Assembly: GCF_001194135.2 (NCBI RefSeq)
Contig: NC_068982.1
Coordinates: 165,486,616 to 165,534,192 of the forward strand
Origin: Octopus bimaculoides
Lineage: Eukaryota
Length of the DNA: 47,577 nt
Direction of reading: 5' to 3'
The position numbers and the translations under genes were made by a program. Shown in pieces: positions 37,151 through 47,577 of this stretch. The notes under the pieces were generated by a model that was not told the DNA's origin, ran no database searches, and saw only the letters and a program-made list of their open reading frames with translations. Positions within the stretch are counted from its first letter, which is position 1. Each line of letters starts with the position of its first letter.

Positions 37151-37567
37151 TTCACTCCCTCGACTTACTCGGAAGGAAATTGTTGATATCTCAACGTACT
37201 TTACTGAAATTATAGTAAAGCTGCCGAACAAACCATTTAGATATTTTATTTGAATACCAGATATTATGCAAAAAAGAAATTATTTTAATTCGCTACTGCA
37301 ATGTTTTGAGTCTCATTTCCCATTTCTTTAATCCTAAACCTGAATCCGAGACGTAAATTCTAACCTTAAATTGTAAATCTTATCTTTCCCCTAAAATACT
37401 AATTAATAACGGGGAAAGTCCAACCGTTTTCCTTTAGTATAATAATATCTTGCCTTTTATTAAAAACAAATATGAAAAATAATTTCTTAGAAAACAATTA
37501 AGCAACGGAAATTTTATGCCCGATTATCCCCAACAATGAAGAAAACGATCTTATCTACAGAATATTT

Positions 37568-37758
37568 AAATACTTTTCTAATCTAAGCACAACACCCGAA
37601 ATTTTGGGGTAGGGGGGTCAGTCGATAAGATCGACCCCTGTACGCAACTAGTGCTTAATTTATCGACCCCGAAAGGATGAGAGAGAAAATCGACCTCAGC
37701 GGTGTTTGAACTGAGAACGTAACGACAGACGTGCTAACGTTACTGCCAGCTTGCTGCA
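37568..37758 (-). mobile_element. SINE family A copy 7, internally deleted
   Basis: Matches copy 3 but lacks the roughly 28-bp gaaataccg..cccggc segment. Confidence 0.88.
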
Positions 37759-37831
37759 TTAGAATATTTGAATACTAACGTAAAAAGGCACACCACACGC
37801 ATACACAGATATGTACCCCATATATATATAT

Positions 37832-37998
37832 ATACGACGAGTTTCTTTCAGTTTCTGTCTACTAAATTCACTCACAAGTTTTGGACAGCCTGAGGCTATA
37901 CTAGAAAACACTTGTCCAAGGTGCAATGCAGTGGGACTGAACTGGAAACCGTATGGTTGGAAAGCAAGCTTGTTACCACATACCCACACTTGCGCCTA
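37832..37998 (-). mobile_element. CORE-type tRNA SINE (OR2-like)
   Basis: Colinear with the copy at 34884-35044. Confidence 0.88.
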
Positions 37999-38441
37999 TA
38001 TATATATATATATATATNNNNNNNNNNNNNNNNNNNNNNNNNNNNNNNNNNNNNNNNNNNNNNNNNNNNNNNNNNNNNNNNNNNNNNNNNNNNNNNNNNN
38101 NNNNNNNNNNNNNNNNNNNNNNNNNNNNNNNNNNNNNNNNNNNNNNNNNNNNNNNNNNNNNNNNNNNNNNNNNNNNNNNNNNNNNNNNNNNNNNNNNNNN
38201 NNNNNNNNNNNNNNNNNNNNNNNNNNNNNNNNNNNNNNNNNNNNNNNNNNNNNNNNNNNNNNNNNNNNNNNNNNNNNNNNNNNNNNNNNNNNNNNNNNNN
38301 NNNNNNNNNNNNNNNNNNNNNNNNNNNNNNNNNNNNNNNNNNNNNNNNNNNNNNNNNNNNNNNNNNNNNNNNNNNNNNNNNNNNNNNNNNNNNNNNNNNN
38401 NNNNNNATATATATACATACATACATACATAAATACATACA

Positions 38442-38490
38442 CAGGGTGCGATGAGTAAATTGTCACCACTTTATATCTTTAATTTCGCCA
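38442..38490 (+). mobile_element. Isolated TIR of the maT-like family
   Basis: cagggtgcgatgagtaaattgtcacca is nearly identical to the terminus at 14066. Confidence 0.7.
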
Positions 38491-40833
38491 TTAAACAAGG
38501 AGATCATCTAGTAGAGTTGCAGAAAATTCCAACGTCGTCTGGGGTTGGAGTCGTTTGTGGTTGAAGCCAATGGCGATTTTATGGAATAAATTTGCTCTTT
38601 AGTACGTTGGTTCTTCTATTGGTTCTTCTATTCTCTTTGGTTCGCTTTCAACGAATCTCTTTTTCTTTTTTTAGCTGGTTCATGTGTCTCTTGTATACCT
38701 CTTTCCTTCCTTTTACCGAGAATAGCATCTTTTCATGTATTTGATAAACATTCCCTCTTCCCAATTTTGATTTCCGTTTTTATATGCCTTAAGAAATACG
38801 TTTTCACCAATTTTCAAATATCTTGCTGTATTATCCATTGTAATTTATATTTTCTTACCAGGTAGTAATTTGTCGAAGACCAACTTTATTTTCCCGGCAA
38901 ACATCAGCTCTGATGGCGACATACCTACTGGTATGTTTAGATTTGGTGCCACACGGTATACTAGAATTGTTGTAGAGCTACCTCATCCGCGACTTCCTGA
39001 TTCGACTTTCTTAGGGCTCGCTTGAACTTATCGCCTCAGCGTTCTGCTTATCCCTTAGGTCTAGAATGGTATGGCGCCGTAGTTACATATTCTACAGCGA
39101 ACATTTTACAAAACTTTTTTACCTTAAAAGGCACAAGTTCCTTCCTATTGTCAGACACTATCGCGTCTGGGATGCCAAATTTCGCAAACAGCTCATGTAG
39201 AAAATGTGTTGCAGTTGAGGAGGTTCACTTTTTACTGTTACAAATTTCTGGTCATTTAGAGAAACTATCAACTGCTACTAAGTAGTATGGACCAGCGAAA
39301 TCGATGTGTAGTCTCGACCACGGAACATCTACTTTTTGCCAAGGTTCTCTTTTTATTGTTGGTAATTTTGTCGCTAGCTTACATCCTCTGCAGCCTTTCA
39401 CTAAATTCTCAATTTTTCTATCTATTTTTTACCAGTACACATAGCTACGCATTAATACTTTCATCCTCGAAATACCAGGATGTCCAACATGAAATTCCCT
39501 CGAGTTTTTGGGGGTTTTTTGTTTGTTTTTTTTGCAATGTTTCAGGTTTTACTACCCTCTATGCATACACAAGTACGCCATCACAAATTGAGTATAGGTT
39601 TCAAGTGTTGGTTTCGTTTCGCACCAATTCTGTTCCTATTTACTTTTCCTATCCACAGTATTCTTTCCATTTTAGTTATGAATTTGTCCTTTCCGCATTT
39701 AGTTTTATGTCTCCAAGTGTCACCGGTAATTTGCGTACCACACTCCACATTACATTTTTCATTTCGCCTTTTGATTTTTATGCTGCGAATACCGTATCTT
39801 CGAATGACTCGCAGTGTTTCGGCATCAGACTGGACAAACCATCCGCATGCTCTAGCTTCTTTTTTGACGGTAAATATTCCATTTTGTAATTATAATTCAG
39901 TAATGTAGTGCCTCATCGCTATAGTCTATTCGCTGTGTGTGTTGGTATTCATTTTTTAGAACCGTATATCGACAGTAGTGAGTGATGATCCGTTTGTTGA
40001 CAGAAATTTCTTCCATGAATAAATCTATGAAATTGTTTTCACACCAAATATGATTGATAACGCTTCCTTTTCTATTTGGCTATAGTTCTTTTTAGCTGGT
40101 AATAACGATCGTGACGCGTGGGCTATAGGCTTTTTACTCCCTTAGTTATGTGCTAGAGCACTGCTCCAACACCGTAATCCCTCGCATCTGTAGCCAATAT
40201 AATATCCTACTTCGGAGCAAATCGTGATAGTAACAAGTTCGATGTTAAAATGCGTTTTTTTTTTAAATTTGTCAAATGCCTTCTGGCACTTATCAGTCCA
40301 GCACCATTTGCAATTTTCTTTAACAAATCATTTAGCGAAGCCCCGACATTGTGTATATTGGGAATGTAAATTTGAAATTTATTCACTAAATCCCAAAATG
40401 CTTGTAGCACAGTCACATTATTCGTCGTGGGCATATTTTTTTATCGCACGTAATAAAACGGTTTCCATCCGTTTTTATCTATTATCTGGTCAAAGTATTT
40501 AATATTTTTCAGAAGGAACTCGCATTGTATACCGTAAAATTTGCACAAAAACTTTTGTGAGTTTCGTGACTACTTTTGAGCTTGTTTAGTCCTCGTGATT
40601 TTGTAAATTTCTCGGGCGTTTATTAATTTATCGTCGTCACTGTTGTAATCCAACGTTGTCGGACAGCTATCACGCCCACTCCGGTATAGTAGTATAGTTA
40701 GACCAGTAAGACACGACTATCCAATGATCGTCTACCCGGCTGACACACTCCTGTGTCACAGTATTTGTAATGAATGCTCATACCACTCGTCACGTGGGAG
40801 GGGTGTTCCATTATTATCATTATCCCTATAACA
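38490..40833 (-). mobile_element. Decayed Ty3/Gypsy LTR retrotransposon: 5' LTR 40641-40833, PBS, RT end, RNase H, integrase
   Basis: LTR TGTTATAG..TTACAACA followed by gtgacgacgat (degenerate TGGCGACGAG PBS). Peptides: CEFLLKNIKYFDQIIDKNG; PTTNNVTVLQAF..SLNDLLKK; [36 protein letters not shown]; FSKWPE..ELFAKFGIPDAIVSDN..TAPYH..MSPSELMF. No 3' LTR seen. Confidence 0.88.
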
Positions 40834-41151
40834 GATAAATAAATAGATAAATAAATAGATAAATAAATAGATTACTGGTGAAGCACCCACGTTAATTTTA
40901 CAATTTCTCTATACCGATCTACAAAACAATCATCACAAAATAAACTTCCTATGAAACCTATACAATGAGAAGTAATGTTATAAAATTTGAAATTACCTGT
41001 ACTTATGGGCAATAAATGTTGTCTGAGCCAGCAAAACACCTAGGTTTAATACTACAGTCTAACAAACGAATACAAGCGATCGAGTATACGCGTAAACTGA
41101 TGTAAGAAGTAAGGTGTAAAATGCATGCATATATATATTTATATATTTATA

Positions 41152-41192
<41 letters not shown>

Positions 41193-41817
41193 ATAATAAG
41201 ACATGCATAACTCCATGAATACATATATGCAATAGTAACACACATGTAGACGCATACAAATAAACGTATACGTATATATATATATATATATATCTGCATA
41301 CATATATTCACATCAAGATACATATATACACCGTAACGTATATACGCATACAGATATATTTAAAAACTGTCTAGTGTATAGAAGATTAAAATAAGAAAAT
41401 TGTGCTCTAAATTGATATAATATAATTAAATGTAATATAAATATATAGATTTAAAAAAATATATAAAATTCAAATAATAATTTTAGATTTAAATATTAAA
41501 ATGTGAAAGAAATGACAAAAAATTTAACCTCGCTGACATTTTAATTTAAATTCGCAATACAGTCCAAGGCTTTCTTAAAAGTCGAATGTATATTATAAAG
41601 GCAAAATNNNNNNNNNNNNNNNNNNNNNNNNNNNNNNNNNNNNNNNNNNNNNNNNNNNNNNNNNNNNNNNNNNNNNNNNNNNNNNNNNNNNNNNNNNNNN
41701 NNNNNNNNNNNNNNNNNNNNNNNNNNNNNNNNNNNNNNNNNNNNNNNNNNNNNNNNNNNNNNNNNNNNNNNNNNNNNNNNNNNNNNNNNNNNNNNNNNNN
41801 NNNNNNNNNNNNNNNNN

Positions 41818-41854
<37 letters not shown>

Positions 41855-42323
41855 TTAGAAGCATTAATTAATCATTATGAATTAAAGTTATATGTACTAG
41901 TCGTGTTATATGAAAATATGAAAATAAATTAATACAAATTAATATCAGTCTGGAAGCAACGTTCATCATAATAAAGGTCACTGATCCTGATTGTGAAGAA
42001 TTTTCCTGACCGCATATTAAACTATAAGATTTTAATTGCCAATTTCACTCTCTCGGGTGTCATATTTTGTGGCACACAAATACACGGAACTCACCACCTT
42101 CTCGTTTACATTATTTCCCTCTGTTACACTCCATTTCTCTCTTTCTTCCCCCCCTCTCTTCTTCTTTCTCCATCTCTCCCTCGTTTTCTCTCTTTCTCTC
42201 TTTCTATCTTTCTGGGTGTGTAAAAACACGCACACATATGTGTGTATAGTATGTATATATTTATGTATAATACTTATGTGTCATATGTTTATGTGTGTAT
42301 GTTTTTTTTTTTTATACGTATAT

Positions 42324-42780
42324 ACTAGCTGACGTACCCGGTAATTGCCGCGAAAGCGGGGCTTTTCCCTTGGTTCTGTTCTCATAATTGTTTGGCTAAA
42401 TCAATAACAACAATACAAAGTATATAGCCCTTAGAACAGTTTTTGTGCATTTACAGAAAATACCGAACTCTCTTACACGGGATCTTGTTTTTAGGAATTC
42501 CCAATAAGTTATGAATACCCAAGTTGTGAAGTCAGTTATGTAATAAGATGAAATTAGCTACCCGTAAGTAAGAATTCAAATAAAGCGGCCCCGAAAAGGG
42601 CTTTAATGTGTTCCCAGAGTATATAGAACTTAGGAGGAAATGCTAATAAGGTATGTATACTAAAACGTGAAACATGTTACGTAATAACAGCCTAATCAGA
42701 TATGAGATAATAACAATTCAAAGTAAATAACTCTGAAAAGGGCTTTTGTGCGTTCCCAGAGAATATTCATGGAAATCGCT
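42324..42780 (+). mobile_element. Non-autonomous Helitron-like element with internal degenerate repeats
   Basis: 5' tactagctgacgtacccggtaattgccgcg is typical of small Helitron/HINE-type elements. The unit gaaaagggcttt..gttcccagag recurs at about 42593 and 42735. The 3' end is not defined. Confidence 0.5.
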
Positions 42781-42849
42781 TAAGTCACATGTGGAGTGTA
42801 CAAACCACAATCCTGACTTCGAGAACACTATCATCACTAGTAATGAGAC

Positions 42850-43061
42850 ATGAGTCGACGCGTTTGCTCATTTTTTCAAGACGAAAAACTGAGCCTGCAC
42901 TACACGTCTGTACTCTAGGAATAACATCCGAGAACCGAAGAGGCCTGCTGCCGCGAGAATTTTCGCACATGTGCAGAAAGGGTGGCGTTATCTCTCAGCC
43001 AAAGTATTTTTCCCACGCGGCATTTGCTTTGGTGGAAAAAATACTTTTCGAACGCACCTCG
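42850..43061 (-). mobile_element. Mariner 5' end fragment
   Basis: TA (43062-43063) plus TIR CGAGGTGCGTTCGAAAAGTA on the minus strand, then a 5' UTR and aaaaATGAGCAAACGCGTCGA (MSKRV). Confidence 0.6.
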
Positions 43062-43427
43062 TATGGACAGACGATACAGCATCTCAGTGTCACATCCATC
43101 GTGTCATTTATAAAACAGTATTATATATTGAATAGAGAGTGGAGTACATCATATGTATACTCAACAGTGAATATAATAACATTATGAAATTAGGTGATGG
43201 ATTTCTGAATAGGTATTCTAAGTGTAGTGCTCCCTCATGTGAACCAACAGTGGCTGGAATGAACTACTTTACCAGAATGTTGAATAAGAAACAGAATATC
43301 AAGGATAGACAAGGTTAGAGAAGATACCAAAGAACACCGACAACAATAGCAGTGTCTCCTAGATTTACCTTTTACATTGCATCTCACTTAGGAAGCTACG
43401 CCTTTGTCATCCAAGAACAAGAGTCTA

Positions 43428-43667
43428 CTAAACACCAGATCGACAAGAGATAAAGACGCGGCTAAACCTCCACGTTGTAATAAAATGTTTAACGTACCAA
43501 ATGAGTGAGGAAGGTATCACCCAACCTTCATCATCTGTCAAAATGTTCGTAAGCTTATCTCTCTGTGTATGAGAAATGACATTTTCTCTAAAACCGTTTA
43601 AAATGCTATCCGCAGCAAGTGTTACTCCCATGATCATACTAAAGATACACCAGAACCAGAATTTCAT
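43428..43667 (-). CDS. Candidate 79-aa ORF with a signal-peptide-like N terminus
   Basis: MKFWFWCIFSMIMGVTLA|ADSILNG.. has n-, h- and c-region architecture. Weak start context. No homolog recognised. Confidence 0.22.
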   Translation of the reverse strand: MKFWFWCIFSMIMGVTLAADSILNGFRENVISHTQRDKLTNILTDDEGWVIPSSLIWYVKHFITTWRFSRVFISCRSGV

Positions 43668-46600
43668 CTACATCTTTAAAACTGAAGTATATCCTTCAGT
43701 GGAAGTATTTCTACAGAGTAAATGCATATAAAGTAGTGTTTTCTGTATGTAATATAGCCTGATCAAGACTGGTCAACTGAAGTCATTTAATTAATTAGTA
43801 TCCTTAAGTTTTTTCTAGCTGTATTTAAAATGTACAAGCAAATGAGATAACTTGAGTGAATGGAATCAGTTGATTATGATTTTCGATAAAATCAGACATT
43901 TGGACAAAATGAGAAAGTTTGGATTCCAGTCAGAGATTACAGGTTGGAATGAATCTGGATTTTGAAATCAACTGTTGAAAGTAATTTACATGCTTCGCTC
44001 TTGTTAGATTTGTCCAGCGAAAAATGTTTCATTAATGTCATTTTCAAATTCTTTCGACGACAACATTACTTTCCATCCTACTGACGGCGATATAATGATT
44101 AAAATCCTAATAGAAGGCAGGATTAAATCGATTGTATCCACTCCAGACAAATATGATACCCGTGTAAGGGTGTAAAGAATCAATTATTGTTAGTAGACAC
44201 GCATTCAAAATCCAAAGCGCACGCTTTAGAAAGAAACGTTTTCGATCAGGCAATTATCGAAACGTCTTTCTTTAACTACTTTTGCGTCTCATAGTTGAAT
44301 AATATTTTTCTTCTGGCAAAATATCAAGAGTGCATTACGATTAATAATCATCAGCCATTTTAACATACCTATACCTAAATAAAAGAACGTAATTATATAT
44401 CTAAAATATCTACCATATACCCTGGTGAGAAGTGAAATTAATATCTATAAGTAGTTAACAGATTTGATGATCATACTGGATATGAATGCCAATACAAGAG
44501 CACAATAAGAAATGTATTGTGAATCTCATTTCCTACTTGTTATTACTGAAATTAAAGGTGTATTTGTGCAATAGAGTTTAAAAAATGACACCATCATCTC
44601 ATTTTCCTACAGTTAAGTGATCAGAATTCTTTCAATTTGAATTGTACGAAGGAAAACCAAAAGTAGATAAAAAATAAAGAATACAACATATTTTTATTAT
44701 GTTTAGGGAGATAGCGCCAATAATGTAAAATAGGTTATTCACGATATAAGCGAAACCATTTCATTGGAATTGTTTCAAAGAATGCTTCACTGTCACAAGA
44801 ATTTGAAACGTGCTTGATTGGTTATATGTCTTCTGAAGTAATATGATGTATCTTGCCAAATAAGTTAATGGAGAGAAATTAAACAAGATATAGCCTTTTG
44901 TTCTCCTAGATAGAATGGAAATCTAAAGCTCATTATGGGACACAAAATGGAATTCATTTTTTTTTTTTTATATATATAAAATTCTCTATTCTTTTGGTGA
45001 TTCTTTCAACGAACCGAAAATTGTTTCATATATATTCAATAATTTCGGTAGGAAATTTTGTCAAAAGGGAACGCACACGCTAGTAGGACAAAGTATATAT
45101 TCAGAATATGAATGGTGTTATGAAAGCATTATAATTGTAATGTGTGATAGACAGAGGGGAAATTTTGAGAACTGATAAAAGAAATTTCTCTTTGAAGACT
45201 TATGCAAGTAAAAGCTTTAGAGAAGACGCTGTTATGTGAATTATATGTGGGCCGACGTCAGAAAGACAAGGGACAAAATGTTGATATGTATGTATGCACG
45301 TGTATATATACGTATATGTACATGTATACGAATATATTTTTATATATAAGTGTGCGTGTATGTGCATGTATATGTGCATATGTATTCAGACACATATACA
45401 TACATACAAACATACATACATATACATATATACATATACATACATACATACAAACATACATACATACATATATACACACATACATACATATATAAACTGA
45501 CAGACAGACTCAAAAAGTTAAGATAAAAGTATGAAACTAATCTAGCCTGTTGGATTTTATTAATAAATATTTCTTTCCATCAACTTATCTACCTACTCAT
45601 ACACATATGATGTAAATGGCTGAGTATTCCGTCGGCGGACATTTCCTTAAATTTCTCCCAAGACTGAATGAGTGTGACATGACATNNNNNNNNNNNNNNN
45701 NNNNNNNNNNNNNNNNNNNNNNNNNNNNNNNNNNNNNNNNNNNNNNNNNNNNNNNNNNNNNNNNNNNNNNNNNNNNNNNNNNNNNNNNNNNNNNNNNNNN
45801 NNNNNNNNNNNNNNNNNNNNNNNNNNNNNNNNNNNNNNNNNNNNNNNNNNNNNNNNNNNNNNNNNNNNNNNNNNNNNNNNNNNNNNNNNNNNNNNNNNNN
45901 NNNNNNNNNNNNNNNNNNNNNNNNNNNNNNNNNNNNNNNNNNNNNNNNNNNNNNNNNNNNNNNNNNNNNNNNNNNNNNNNNNNNNNNNNNNNNNNNNNNN
46001 NNNNNNNNNNNNNNNNNNNNNNNNNNNNNNNNNNNNNNNNNNNNNNNNNNNNNNNNNNNNNNNNNNNNNNNNNNNNNNNNNNNNNNNNNNNNNNNNNNNN
46101 NNNNNNNNNNNNNNNNNNNNNNNNNNNNNNNNNNNNNNNNNNNNNNNNNNNNNNNNNNNNNNNNNNNNNNNNNNNNNNNNNNNNNNNNNNNNNNNNNNNN
46201 NNNNNNNNNNNNNNNNNNNNNNNNNNNNNNNNNNNNNNNNNNNNNNNNNNNNNNNNNNNNNNNNNNNNNNNNNNNNNNNNNNNNNNNNNNNNNNNNNNNN
46301 NNNNNNNNNNNNNNNNNNNNNNNNNNNNNNNNNNNNNNNNNNNNNNNNNNNNNNNNNNNNNNNNNNNNNNNNNNNNNNNNNNNNNNNNCGTATATACCAG
46401 ACTAATCCATTTGTCTGTCTGACACCATGTGCTATATGATCAGGAATATCATCACTGTGAATGTGATGACACGGAGCGAGTATATATTTACATATAAAGT
46501 TAAGTCTATTATTTGAAATAACGGTCATAACAAGTAGCCAGCATGGGAAAAACGATGTAGGTAACAATTACTATAAATATATACTTATAGAAATATAATT

Positions 46601-46840
46601 ATAATTAAGTGTACTGGAGAGGTACCGCCATACTAGATATAGGATTCAAAACTGGCTCTAAAACCACATCATGTATTTATATAATACAGATGGAAAGATA
46701 AATGAGCAAAAGAAATTCGCAAAAAATTAACGGTTCATCCCAGATCGACCATTTCTGGCTCAGTAATAAGATACTTTGCCTTCACCAGTGGCGATATACC
46801 AAAATTAGTACATAATTACACACGCACACACACATATATA

Positions 46841-47088
46841 GACGGCCGTAAACGTCCTGCATAAGTGGTTTTCGCCCAGAATTATTCTATATCGATATGA
46901 CTGATCTTCTATCTGGCGATCAGCTTGGTTAGCAGCCACTGATGACCAACGATACTGAGAAATCACGTGATATGATTGTGTCATCCGCCGGTTTTCTGAC
47001 AGAATTTTGTCTACCGATAATAGAATTTAGATGCTTTGTAGCATTTGTCGTCAACATGAATTGATTTTTCAGGACGTTTGCAACAGTC
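46841..47088. mobile_element. 248-bp MITE-like element
   Basis: Termini GACGGCCGTAAACGTCCTG and the reverse complement of GACTGTTGCAAACGTCCTG, each flanked by TA. Subterminal inverted repeat attctat-atcgatatgac / gtctaccgataatagaat. Confidence 0.65.
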
Positions 47089-47289
47089 TAAGGCATTAAA
47101 AATAAAACATCCAATTTAGTGAGCTAATTAATATTCCTTCCAAAAAGTATTTCTGTCGCTAAGACCTAATTTATACATAAAATATATATTCAAAACACAT
47201 GAATATATATTATATACTTAAAATACGCACTGACACAGACATACTCACGAACACAAACACAGACACACCAAGACACACACACACACACA

Positions 47290-47577
47290 CACTCTCTCTC
47301 TCCCTCCCTCCCCCTCTCTCTCGCCCCTATTCTACTTCCTCCCCTCCTTTTCCCTCTGCTACTCTTTCTCTTCACACAGCCTTGGTCACGTGCGTGCGGC
47401 TGCTATTTCTTTTCGTCTTGGAATCACCAAGCTCGCACGTACTTCTTTGCCCCTCCTGTACGTGCCTCACAGCGTTCGAGACATACACACTTCACGTCTG
47501 GCTGTACAGCCTTTTTGTTTGTTTAATTCACCGTTTCGTTTTCCTGTCTTGTTTTCCGTCCGCCACTACCCTCCACG
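47290..47577 (+). promoter_or_regulatory. Pyrimidine-rich, CpG-rich promoter or 5'UTR-like block with clustered RCGTG (HRE/E-box) motifs
   Basis: CT tract 47293-47375, CACGTG at 47387, GCGTG at 47392, CACGTA at 47436, TACGTG at 47459, CACGTC at 47493. CpG density is far above the rest of the window. Confidence 0.5.

Noticed and set aside
39287-39908. Long plus-strand ORFs of 200 and 142 aa
   Set aside because: They are antisense shadows of the Gypsy pol remnant.
44231-44272. Hairpin ending in GAAACGTC, hammerhead-like
   Set aside because: No CUGANGA equivalent between the stems. Better explained as an imperfect palindrome.
17105-46567. Very long ORFs in the track that span X runs or encode HT/CV/YI repeats
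   Set aside because: They are read-throughs of N gaps and microsatellites.

Overview
AT-rich, microsatellite-dense eukaryotic DNA with five N gaps (6644-6653, 17164-18054, 38018-38406, 41608-41817, 45686-46388). From memory, the SINE families and the (TA)/(CA)/(TACA) landscape match Octopus (coleoid cephalopod). This was not checked against a database. No protein-coding gene, rRNA, true tRNA or CRISPR array can be called with confidence. Most ORFs in the supplied track are microsatellite or gap read-throughs. The recognisable content is transposon debris: tRNA-derived SINEs of at least three families, mariner, DD37D (maT) and DD41D (rosa/Visitor-like) remnants, an R4/Dong LINE 3' end, an RTE-type LINE scrap, a deleted Gypsy element with its 5' LTR and PBS, hAT and TA-target MITEs, a Helitron-like end and a Penelope-like end. 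The items most worth following up are: a minimal hammerhead ribozyme motif with a core substitution (30498-30539, minus strand); two fold-back transposon derivatives, one made of two 3' ends and one of two 5' ends; a 140-bp inverted templated insertion copied from 1.4 kb away; a cluster of HIF-type RCGTG motifs in a promoter-like block at the right edge; a possible unannotated minus-strand gene end near 28.5-29.8 kb; and a 79-aa signal-peptide-like ORF. I found no firm evidence of a wholly new system. Those leads are graded below.
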